Part shown: piece after piece, positions 52,087 through 64,000 of the stretch | Numbering within the stretch: position 1 is the first letter of the stretch | Layout: the number at the start of each line of letters is the position of its first letter | NCBI GenBank assembly: GCA_964658305.1 | Contig: OZ210884.1 | Coordinates: forward strand, 5,208,001-5,272,000 | Direction of reading: 5' to 3' | DNA: 64,000 nt | Source of the DNA: Leptogorgia sarmentosa | Lineage: Eukaryota | Notes under the pieces: generated by a model | Database searches by the model: none | Told to the model about the DNA's origin: nothing | What the model saw: only the letters and a program-made list of their open reading frames with translations | Made by a program: the position numbers and the translations under genes

Positions 52087-52643
52087 CAATCTCGAAACCA
52101 GAGCCTGCAATCCTCTGTGGAGGCTTGCTTAGGCGAAAATCGACCTCTGATTGGTTGTTCAAGTCAATTATCGTATCCATTCTCTTTCGCACTGATTCCG
52201 TGCTACTTATTATTCAAACTGTCAGTCTTTAGAATAACAACTCCAGATAAGGTCATGATAAAACTATATTTAGTAGTTCCAACTAAATTTAGCCATGTGT
52301 GTAATATTTATTAATGGGAAAATCAGCATTATTCTCAAGGAACAAGTCAATACACGATTTACCGTAATTAAACAAGTTAAATAAATCACCACCATTATCT
52401 TACAACATTTCAAAACCCTGGCCAGTGTTCTTTGAAGAAATAAAGTTGTAATAAACTTAAACAACTGCAAAATTCGTGTTTGGCGACACATTGTTATATA
52501 AAATGTCGAGCGGGTTACAGGATTCAAATGTACTGATTTTCGTGCAAAATTCACCGGTGTTCCCCAGAGCCAATCTCGAAACCTGAGCCTGCAATCCTCT
52601 GTGGAGGCTTCACAGAGGATTGCAGGCTCGGGTTTCGAGATTG
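52087..52643. mobile_element. TIR element with internally duplicated terminus
   Basis: caatctcgaaacc.gagcctgcaatcctctgtg at 52087 and 52571, inverted at 52611-52643; no TSD seen. Confidence 0.65.
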
Positions 52644-52901
52644 ATAACTGACATGAAAACAGCATATGCTACCCAATCATAGAAACTTCCAGACACTATA
52701 GCGGGATTTATGTCGGCGCAACTCCTACTATACGTCATTTTGCTACAGATAAGATACCTACAACTACTCAAAACAATTTCCTACAATGACAAACAATTAA
52801 ACTATTATGAAACGTGCTACTTTTACAAATTGGCAGTTAAGTATATCCACAATTTGATTTTGTCTCCAAAGGCCATTTAAAATAGCGCCCATTTCAATAA
52901 A

Positions 52902-55900
52902 TCAGAGTATGTCTTCTTTATAATAATAATCCATGACTGGAAATGAACGAGGGCCTCGACTCACATACTTCTCGAGATATTCTTGACGTTGACTTCTAAA
53001 ATACGATCGTTTAACGGCAGTTTAACAAATACAGGGAACCAATAGACAATATTTTCATTTTGCATATTATTGTATTGGCGCATGGAAGCTAAATTATGAC
53101 AATTGAATTATAAATTATGCGTAGTTTTAAAAACGGGATTTTTTTCAAAATATCATAGCTAGTTGAACTTTATTAGAAATCGAAAAAGAATAGCTGTTAA
53201 ATTTGTAATAAAGTCCTGTACATATTATATTTTCATCACTCACTTTACTGCGGCAATCACACTCACGACAACGATGAGTGAAATGAAAATCACAGCTATT
53301 GGAACAATGATTGCTATGAGCAAAATTTCATCGTCACCATCTTTAGCTTTGAAAGAAAAGAATGATGTTTTAGTAAATAGTTTGATTAAGATTGGTGAAT
53401 TACAATGCATAGCAACCCGAAGCGTGGTATAAATGACAGATTCGTTTGCTTTTGAATTATTTGGTTTTTCGGCAAGAGATATTGATGAACTATAATACAT
53501 GTATTTTAATGATTATACGCCAACTATAATACCCAGGGCATATTTTACTACGATGCAATGGAGTTTGTATTGATTGATGCACTCACCGACGCATCCAGTG
53601 CTTTTGTTCTCAAATCCTTCCTTACAGACACAATCATAGCTGAGATCTGTATTTACACACTGTTCATTTTCACCGCAATCAGCAGTGTGAACATCCTCTG
53701 GAGGGTTACATTCATCGTAACCTAAAACATGACGAAGCATTTTAAAGCAAACGTACGAATAACATCATGCATGGTGGAAGGATGTTATCACCAGTCTCAA
53801 TTAATTATTCAAGCATAAGGAATTGCATATTTAAATTAAGGAGCAGTGACACTATTATTTATACATCTTTTCTGTGCGGAACAAAAATACTATAGAAATA
53901 GTATTTAAATAGATTAATTTTAGAAATATAATAAATTTAGAAATGTAACAAAATACTATTATAGAATGATGACAGATATGAAAGGAGCGTTATCACCAAC
54001 TGCGTGTGTTTTCCAAGCGTGCCAACTTTGAAAACTACAGGCGGCAGTTTTTAAAAATTTATTGATCTAGGAACAAATGAGCTCAAACTGTAATAATCAA
54101 TCTTTGGTTTTATCTCTGAAAACAATCATCAACTACCGCGTCTGAGTGATTTCCGGTGATTTCTAAACCTTCTTCTGCTATGCGCAAAAAAGATGCGTAA
54201 ATGATATGACACTGCTCCTGTAATTTCTAGAGATAACCGTTTCTGTGACGATACCCACGATTTTATACTGTCTTTACCCGAAGCTACTTTCTGCAAACAT
54301 GAATAGTACCTACCCAATCATATTTAACTAATGAATAATCTGATAAGTCGTTAATTGGATGCAATACATACCTGTAAATGACAAAATTGATGCACTGGCA
54401 CTTGGACTTTCACTGAGTTGAAAGTCGCCAAGAAATAGCCCATTACTGGTAGTATTCAGTGTTTGGAATAGTTCATTTTGTACATTTGAATTGCTAACTC
54501 CATCTGTAGCATTGAATGACACCACCAAGTCCACTACGAGTGATCCTGGTCTGAAAATGGATATTATTAATGGTTATATTGCACTGAGTGGACTGAGATT
54601 TTGTCAGAAATCTAAGACGTGATTGTAATCACAAAATTGATTTCAGACCAAAATTGCACATCAGGAAATTTGCACTTTATTATATTTATTTTGAATACTG
54701 TAAATATTTATTTGTTTTAAACTGGACGTGCATACCATACAAATAACTGCATGCAGAATGAACTTTGTCACAGTACAAAAAAACGTCGAAAAAAAAACAA
54801 AATCTTAGTAAAATATGAAAGCCATAGGATTCATAGGCAAATAAGGACTGCAGAAGCATGTTTAAAACTGCATCATTGTTTTGTGTTACAAACATCAGAA
54901 TTCGGAACTACGATAAAATAAACGTTATTTTGCACTATAAATTTATGTTACTTTCGTGCTAAAGTTTTATCAGGCATACTATACTTACGATAGACCTACA
55001 ATCTGGCATGATGGACCAATGGAACGCAATCTTGCACTCATTAGCAAATGTCTCTTCAGCTGTAATGATTAAGCGAAAGAAATTGTCATATCTTGCATGT
55101 ATGATGAAATATATTAAGCACCGGAAAGCACAACTCAGTAAGAGCACTCCAGTAAACGTGTTCTTGAGAAAGTTCCCAAATTAAACTGAAAAAAACAAGG
55201 AAATTTCCTACCTCAACCATAATCATCTGGGTAATGTCAAAATATTCTGAGCTTTCTTTATTGTTGTATGCTGATATGAAGTCGCGATTTCGAATTTTAA
55301 ATCGACCACGGAGAGACGCTGCAACATCTAATAAAAATAATTCGTCGCTTTTTTATTTTTGGGACAAAATTTGACTGGGCAAAAAAATTGTTTAGAAACA
55401 TTCATAGACAACAATTGGGAGGGACTATTTTTTATATTTTCATCGTTCCAAAAGAAAAAAGAACGTCATTGTAACTTTATTGGCATGTTTGATACATACT
55501 AATGCACGTTAAACCATCTTCACTAAGTCGTTGTCTTGGACTTCTGCAACTGCAGCGATAGGCCCCTGGGTAATTGGTGCATCTTTTGTTGGAACCTGTA
55601 CATTGCCCGGTTGCACATTCATCTATATCAACTATATAAAAAATTCCGAAAGTTGATGTCTAATGCCGAAATTGTTATAACATATATTCTATCTACATGC
55701 ATTAAATTTATATTAAGGTGGATATGAACATGTTATTACACGCAAACGTGCTGCAGAACAGATCAAAGGTAATGTTGCCTCACATAGTGAGGAAGTCATA
55801 ATTATACAGCTATAAAAAAGAAGGAACATCAAATTTGTCCGTTATGCATACATTGTAAGTATTTCTATATATTATTTCTCGTTTTTGAATTAGGAAGATT

Positions 55901-58900
55901 TTCAATGCCACTGAAAATTATAAATTTACTGTTTTCATAAAAGTTTTGCTGAAAATGTCAATATTGCCAAATACTAATTAAAAAACATCAATGCTAAAAC
56001 AGGAATTCCCAACTAATGTTGTAGGTTCATGAGATAAGATTTGCGAAATGTTTCTTTTTTAGTGTACCATGCATCTTCAAAAAATTGCAAAATAAATCTA
56101 CCAACCACATTGTTTTCCATTGCCTGTGTAGCCAGCGTTACAAGCACATCCGAAGCTTCCAGGAGTGTTAGTACATGCAGCATTTGAAGAACAATCATTA
56201 CCACTCACACATTCATCAATATCTGAAATATAATCATATGAGTTAATTCTTCAGGTTAACATCATGTTCCGAAAATCTAACCACTCGCAAGGTAATTCGA
56301 TTGTATATAATACGTTTGTTGAACAGTTTCATCCGCCATTACGATTTTATTGTAGAAATTTGTACTTGCATTACCAAGGAACAGGTAAAGCTAGTGTAAA
56401 CAAACCTGTGCAATCCACCCCACTTCCTGTGTAGCCAGTGTTACAAGTGCAAGAAAATGAACCAGGTATATTTTGACATGTGGCGTCGTCATGGCAACTG
56501 TGAAGTCCATCCGTACATTCATCGATATCTGAAGAGTCACGTGAAGGCCATTTATAGACGTTTATATACAATCCAATACATTTTTTGACAAAATAAGTCG
56601 TGACTTACACAAAACGCCAGCTTAACGTATAAATGGTACCAAACGTATGTTGGCATTTTACATAAGAGGGGTGTTGAGAAAGACGGGATTAGCCAATGGC
56701 AAAGCATTTAAAAATCGTACGCGTCAAGCTACCAACTTTCACTTTCTCGTATAAATGGTCTTATGATAACTGATCAATAAATAAACTCACTTACTTATGA
56801 TCACCAAGCAGTAAAGTTCGCTAAAGTTGCTTTTTTTAATACAGCCTGTATATTTCGTTCTCTGACACGAGAAACTGCGGTGTAAATGTGTAACATTGTA
56901 GCGTAAACAAACCTGTGCAATCAGTCCCACTTCCTGTGTAGCCAGTGTTACAAGTGCAAGAAAATGAACCAGGTATATTTTGACATGTGGCGTTGTCATG
57001 GCAGTTATCACTTTCATCTGTACATTCATTGATATCTGAAAGGTCACAAAAATATATTCATGCACTCGCTGAAAGTGCATTTAATGAGTTGTACATGGGG
57101 CATTAGGAGAGGGTTGCCCTTGGGGCTAGGGTTTCCATTCATTTTACCTCGGAGCTGAGCCCCCTTGTCAACGTTCAGAAAAGAATTTATAACACTTTAT
57201 AAATTGATGTAAGCAAACCTTGACAACCCGTTCCAGTTCCTGTGTAGCCAGTGTTACAAATGCAGTAAAATGAACCAATATTATTGTGGCAAGTAGCGTC
57301 AGGATGACAGTTATGACTTCCTCCCGCCGCACATTCATCAATATCTAAAATGTCATTTGAAAATCATTTTTGCGCACGCTGAATAAATACTCGATAGTAA
57401 CGTAATGGAACGTCGTAAGACCTGTATCGCCACAGAAGAAGTTTCTCATAGGGAATCTGTTTCGATATTTCAGGTCTACAAAGTTCGGTCTGCCCAGCAT
57501 CATTTTGATGCTTCAAAATAAACCATGCATGTAATCAAACCTCAGTTTCAGAGATGATACATCGGCTGCTACCCATTTGTCATCACCCCCATCCCATCAA
57601 CCTTCGAAACTTATTTATTTTGTTAATACCTCGGCAATACGTGCCATTTCCTGTGTAGCCAGGGTTACAAGAACAAGAATAGGACCCGCCATTATTGCTG
57701 CAAGTAGCATTGTGATGGCAACCGTCTAATTCATTTGTACATTCATCAATATCTGAAAACAATATACATAAACCAAAAGGAACGTCACATAAGGTTCGTG
57801 AATAGCTACTCAAAATTCTTTTAATTTGTTTACAGAGTACAGATTTGCACATCAAACTGACCTTCACAATATGTCCCATTTCCTGAATAACCAGTCATAC
57901 AAGAACAATTAAATGAACTCTCAATGTTTGTACAATCAGCGTTGACAGAGCAGTTATGGCCACCATCATTACATTCATCAATATCTAAAAAGTATCCAAC
58001 AAAATATTATTTTTGTATTCACTATTATATCAATATTCCTCCTGATGAAATAACGTGCTGTTAACCATTCCATCTTCTCCAATAAGCTTTAAAAAATGTA
58101 TTCCTCCAATGCAATTCGTGTTTAGTTTAATTTGTTGAATATATAATAAAGTTGCATTTGGAAAAAGTATAAAACCTATAGCTAAATCCTTGTGTCTTTA
58201 CACGAGAATACTTGAATATTAATTCAGTGGGTACCTTGGCACGACGCAACACCATCTCCAGTATATCCAGTGTTACAGCCACATACGAATGAGCCAGCAG
58301 TGTTTCTACATGTTCCATGCGATGATGGGTCGAGACAATTATCACTCCGTTCCCCGCATTCATCAACATCTGTAAATGTATGTTAAATAACATTGCTAAT
58401 ATTTTTCCGAACATTACTGACATTTTTAACATTAGCTACACAAAATTTCACCCTCACGCTGAAAATGGCAAAAAAGCGTTATTTACCTTTACAAATATGC
58501 AACGTTCCGTTTTCTCTGTACCCAGACAAACATATGCAATTAAAGGAACCAGCAGTATCTTGGCATGATGATGAACGAGTGTCACAAGAGTCTAATTGGT
58601 CTGCGCATTCATTAATATCTGAAGACAAAAGTAGAATTATTTCACGCTGTAGCCTTCCATGTTGTCGTTCATTCTATTATACCAATACTGGTTGTAAAAG
58701 TTACAAAAATAATGGCACATTGAGGCTTTAGATTATAGCCCCCCACTTATGCAGTATAAGTCCCATTTTTTGCTAACCTTTTTCACAGCATACGATATAT
58801 TATAGACTCTACAATAAATATATACTCTGCAGTAATTGAAAATTTTAGTCTAATTACTCGTGCAGTCTGTAATACCATCACCAGTGTATCCTGTCTGACA

Positions 58901-61900
58901 ACCACAAATAAATGAACCATCCGTGTTTACGCATATTCCAAATGTGGGGATACAGTTGTCAAGATTTGAGCCACATTCATCAATATCTGTGAACAGATTG
59001 AAATATTTTGAGTTTATGCTACCCAGTAGAACGCTGGCTCCCAAAGTTGGAGAAAAGTAAAATCATGCTCGTTCCCAGGACATTTGCGACGACTCTCAGG
59101 GGAGACCTGAGTGGCGGGATTTATTTGATGGATTGAATTAAGTCACGGTTCAAGATTCGTAAAATTTTATTGTTTTCTTAATCATCGCATGGTCTTTTGT
59201 TTATATTTATTTCAATAAAATCAAAACAATCGCGCCTCTCATCTCGTCCCTCACGAAGTAAGACTATGTAAACAAGCCTTTGAAAGAACTCCTTCCCTAG
59301 CCCTAAAACATCCTTACATTGACTGCGACCTTATACTACATTATTTATCATCAAAAAGTAATATTTAATACAAGTTTTCAAGTAAAATTACATATTTTCA
59401 CATACCAGTACAATTCATACCATCGCCAGTCCAACCAGGATTACATGCACATGTGAATGATCCATGGGTATTTGTGCATTGGGCTTCCGTAGGTACGTTA
59501 TCACAAGGTTGAATTCCCTCAGTACATTCGTCAATATCTAAAAATGAAAATAGACGTTATTAGCTGCCAGAAATGAGATGAGAGCACTAAAATTCCACTA
59601 GAATTACCATTTAATTGATTTATAAATGAAAGAGTAAAGTATATTGAAGTTGAAACATGTTTGACTTTCAGTTTATTGCCAGTAAAATACGTCTGCAAAA
59701 AATGCCGACAAAAACAATTAACTCCCGTTAGGAATTCGGAAAGGCATCTTAAACAAAAAACGTCTTGAAGAAGGTCAAACATAAAATAAACGATATGTAA
59801 CAGCACACCTAAAGAGCTGACTTAAAGTTTACTTCAGGTGGGCGCATTTCTCATTCTCCTATTATAATACTTGAAAAATGTTTTTCACTAATATGAACCA
59901 ATAATCAAACCTACAATTTGTATTTGCTACCTTCTACTGTATCATTAATATTCAAGAAAATAATGATACAAGTTTTGATTGAGGAAAATTACACATTTCA
60001 CATACCAGTACAATTTACACCGTCGCCACTCCAACCAGTGTTACAGGCGCATGTGAAAGATCCAGGCGTGTCTGTGCAACTGGCTTGTGCATCACAATTG
60101 TCAGTCTGTTGGGTACATTCATCAATATCTGAAGATAAAAATGGTTATTAACTGTCAGAATTTATGGAATAAACAATAACTTTAATGCATATTTTATACC
60201 GAATTAGCCATTTCATAATCACAAAAAGCAGTTAAGATGAGCAGTAACTTTTACATATTTCTCAGGTTTTTTTCCGAAATACTGATTATAGGGGCTGGGA
60301 GGGCACCCGAGGTACAGGGTACCTTAAGACTCGGCCTAACCCGAGAAAAGAGTAAAGCATTGTCACTATTAAGTCTTTGCTAACATTATATTATTGTACT
60401 CAACGCCCAACCTTCAAATAAAATCGAAACGCCAAACTGACTTTGTTTAAAGGATAGAAAATCGAAAAAATTATCCCAAAGTATTGATTATCACTGAGCT
60501 GATAGAGCTGCTGAGCGGTTTTCAAAATCTGATTGTGACATGCACTACGGTTGCAACGGTCTTGATCCTCTCCTGATTATTTATTATCGGGAAGAGCATT
60601 AAGGCTTGATTCCATGACGGCGAAATCTTTCGCGAGAAACTGTGTCTGCGAAATACGGATGGTTGAACATGAACGATTCTATTGAATTCTCCCGCATTTA
60701 AATTTTTCGCTTTCGCAGTGAGTAGAACCGATTTAATTCTACTCACTGGCGAAGCGAAATTTTTTCTCGAGAAATCTTAATTGCCTTTATCGCGCATGCG
60801 TACAATCAGTTCGCGCGAAAATTTTCGCATTTCGCCAAGAAATATCGCCTGTGGAATCAGGCCTTGAGGTACGTGTAGTACGTCAAATATTTCACATACC
60901 AGTGCAGGCTCCTCCGTCTCCAGTCCAACCAGTATTACAGACGCATATCATTAGGTTACAAGTGGCCTGTATATGACAGTCTCCGTCATTACCACACACT
61001 ATAAGAATTTAACATAAGGGAATGAACAACCAGTTAAATGAATATTTCATGAGGAATAGAAAGACACGCATAAAATTATTTAATGGACAAAATGTACACT
61101 AGCCTTTTGTGTTCGGAGGTGTTTATAATTATAGGGGTGTTTATACATGGTTTGATATCGTCGTGGTCAATTTCCTTGACTTGACTTGACTTTGTGAATT
61201 GATTATTACTCAATTGTTTATTTATTTTGCAATCACATGACTTTTTGCCCAAATGATGGGCAATTGAACAACTTGTACACGATTTTTCTAAGATTTTACA
61301 ACAACAACAACAATTAATTCGTACTCGTTTACAAGTAGTATTAAATTGAAGAGTACACGCTACTTAAAATAGCCATAAGGGCTAATAAGGTTTGGCAGCG
61401 ATACGACGTAGCTCGGAGTGGTTGTAGCGAAGAAAACTCAACGGTAACACATACATCTGAGACTTAAAATGTCTCAAACTTAAAATGTTTCTAATGGATG
61501 GATTTTCGTCATGCTTGCCCGTCAACTGAAATTCTAAATTAATTTACGCCATTGCAAGCAAATAATATGAGCCCGCAATAATTATCAATTATTGGACGAA
61601 GTCGAGCAAAATATCGCGATTTGTCGGTGGCGAGCAGATCAATTATTTGCCGATGCCGAAGGCAGAGGCAAATAATTGATCTGCGAGCCACCGACAAATC
61701 GCGATATTTTGCGAGATCTCGTCCAATAATTGTTTTATTATTCATTTACAAAGCATACTTAGCTACAAGGTAGATGTATACAACGAGCTTTACATACAAA
61801 TTTTATTTCATAAAAAAATAATACTGGTTTACAGAAAAAACCTTCGTTTTAAATTTTTCTTTCTTTTAAATATTGCCGGAAGACACTGACGGCCGTTTTG

Positions 61901-62482
61901 GTGGCTTTTTTTGTATTTTCGGAATCTTTCCCCTCTAGTAAACAAGACAGCTCGTCTTCTGATAGTTCAGGAAAACGAGCCGCCATTGTTTACAAAAAAG
62001 TGACGCAATGCGCATGCTCAGACTATTATTTGCAGGTGAGCAACGTTTTTAACAAATGCGCATGCTCAGACTATTATTTGCACGCAGTTATTTGCAGGTA
62101 AATTGACCAATCAAAATTGAGAATACTATAAAGTGAATAATAATTTCAATTGTTCAATTTCACGTTTCCAATTGTTGTGCGTTAACACTAAATATTTGAT
62201 GAATAGCATAATTCTAAAAATAAAGATTCGAATTGTGTAAAGTTTAATTATGTACATTACATTCGAATATCTTGAATAATTTTATATTCGCTAAAGCTGT
62301 TAGTTGGTGAAGGATGGAAATTTAGCTATTACGAACAGTACTCATCGATTTGCCGATATTTTTATTTCCGTTTCATTCCAGAAATAATAGGTTGAAATTC
62401 AACTCTTACTAGTTTGTGCTTCTATTCCCACAAATACCAAGAGTAACGTCAGAAAATGCAATCCCTTCAGCTTTCTTGACAT
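52902..62482 (-). CDS. Paralogue C (more diverged): signal peptide + 13 EGF + SEA + EGF + TM + Tyr-rich tail, no Calx-beta seen (~795 aa, 20 exons)
   Basis: SP 62482-62410 ([24 protein letters not shown]); EGF 60998-60900, 60128-60006, 59537-59406, 58986-58858, 58618-58487, 58369-58235, 57984-57862, 57752-57630, 57344-57219, 57035-56913, 56528-56406, 56222-56106, 55631-55500; SEA 55327-55212, 55059-54989, 54550-54372 (SPGSLVVD); EGF 53721-53587; TM 53346-53244; tail 52995-52902 (...[17 protein letters not shown]). Exon sum 2388 nt, in frame. Confidence 0.88.
53839..54219. mobile_element. Related TTAA-family MITE, independent insertion in paralogue C
   Basis: Ends aggagcagtg...cactgctcct; interior gccaactttgaaaactacagg...ctgctatgcgcaaaaaagatgcg matches 12267-12602. 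Confidence 0.7.
60602..60864. mobile_element. PIF/Harbinger-like MITE
   Basis: TIR aggc(t/c)tgattcca...ggcga; flanks tta / tga. Confidence 0.6.
61578..62143. mobile_element. Hairpin-terminated element (GCCGAAGGC apex)
   Basis: Hairpin 61586-61732; repeated attatttgca motifs and gaccaatc at the other end. Confidence 0.7.
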
Positions 62483-62549
62483 CTAGGAAGACAGATAACA
62501 GTCATAAGACATGCAGTGGTTTCACTATTAGGCTCGCTTCATACGTAGA

Positions 62550-62851
62550 CAGGGACGTAGCGAATGCGGGGTGCGGGAAACAGCCCCCCCCAAATTTTGC
62601 CTCAGTCGGCAAGAAAAGAACTGCTGTCAAATTATGCGGGGAAAATATTTTTTAACTAAAACTGCGTTGTATTTAGTATTAATGTAACAAATAAAGTATT
62701 AAGCTTTGTGTATGTACATTGAAAATTTAAGCTGATAACGTCGTTGACCACACCCAAATCATACCCCGACCACGCCCATTTTGTCGGCAAAATTGAGTCG
62801 TGCACTCCCGCCCCCCCCCCCCCCGACCACGCAGCCATCGCTACGCCTCTG
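62550..62851. mobile_element. hAT-like MITE
   Basis: Ends cagggacgtagcga / tcgctacgcctctg, GC-rich subtermini; TSD not clean. Confidence 0.55.
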
Positions 62852-64000
62852 TTAACGTAGATAATAATAATATTATAATAATATAAATAATAATATGATA
62901 TAATATAATAACAATATAATAATAATATTACGAAAATCAATATTTATACAGGATAGACATAGGTTAGATCAAGATTTTATAGCTACTGCTTAGATGAAGA
63001 TAAAAAGTGCGACACGTAAGCAGATTTGTTCCAAGGAAAGCATTTTCTTCCTTCAACATTGCGCGTATTTCATGGTGCACATTTTGTTTCTATTACATTG
63101 AGGACCGAGTATTTCAAAAGCTGGTGCAATCCGTTTAGTTATCAACAAAAAAAACGGTGTGGTAAACTATTTCTAAAATTAGGCAACACAATCACACAAT
63201 AATTGAATTAGCATCAAAGACTAGCACAAAAGCAACAGTGGGCATTGCTTATTGCATTGATATATTGATAAACTATCTGATAACAGTTTCAATCGAATGA
63301 CATTATACTTCTACATACTTCGAATTTCCTAGTAGATGCTAAAAAACTCCTTCTTTCAATCCCGCACACTTTTTGTGTAAAAATTAATTAAATGGTCTCA
63401 ACAAGTCACATTCCTTCCCAACCACCACTAATTAAATGTCTTTTAGTGCACTTGAATTCAGTAACCGCCCATAACACAACAGATATCTGCAGGTGCTCGT
63501 TAACGTCTGCGACCCAACACCTCGTCTCCGGTTCTTTAGTTCATCATTCAGAAGACGTAAAAACAATTCATACATATGTAAGACAATTATGATATTATTA
63601 CGGTTACAAAGCAAACTAAACTTTGATTTTTGGATATTTGGAGCAAATTTTGAGAGACATTGTACAACGATGCCTATAAGTTATTTACATTATATTGACT
63701 AATAATATGCGTACTGACCTCTTTTATGATTTTCAGAACCGTTGAAAAAAGTGCTGTGAGGATATTTGAAACCAATGATGTAAAATTTCTTTCAAAGAAT
63801 GACAATGTAATGAAAGTACACAAAGTCTTGGAGGCCTCTGTTTTAAAACGATATCATTCTGTAAATCGCAAGCTGTTATGCCAAGCATGCGGAACAAATT
63901 ATGTTGAAGTACGCCGCAAAAGATAAACAAAATTTCGACACAGAATGTTTTACACCATCAACTCTATCGTGCGCGCGCAACACCTCCCAGGTATGTCAAT

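Overview
AT-rich, intron-containing animal genomic DNA (repeat content suggests an anthozoan-like invertebrate; this is inference). I assembled four multi-exon genes by hand from GT-AG sites and reading phase, all on the minus strand. (1) At 3668 to <1 is a nuclear protein joining an HDX-like divergent homeodomain, an HMG box, a segment resembling the TFII-I N-terminus and a GTF2I (I-)repeat; it runs off the left edge. (2-4) A tandem cluster of three paralogous type-I membrane proteins: A 23951-6171 (~1249 aa), B 46874-26310 (~1094 aa), C 62482-52902 (~795 aa). Their architecture is signal peptide, Calx-beta (A and B only), 13-21 single-exon EGF modules, SEA with a GS(I/L)VV motif, EGF, TM and a short conserved Tyr-rich tail. 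The paralogues differ by exon-number changes, a transplanted exon and broken half-exons. Their membrane-distal exons show almost exclusively non-synonymous differences and are more diverged than adjacent introns, as expected of a diversifying recognition/adhesion receptor family. Introns hold many non-autonomous DNA elements whose target-site duplications can be read from empty paralogous sites, TSD-less hairpin elements and two (TGTATA)n microsatellites.
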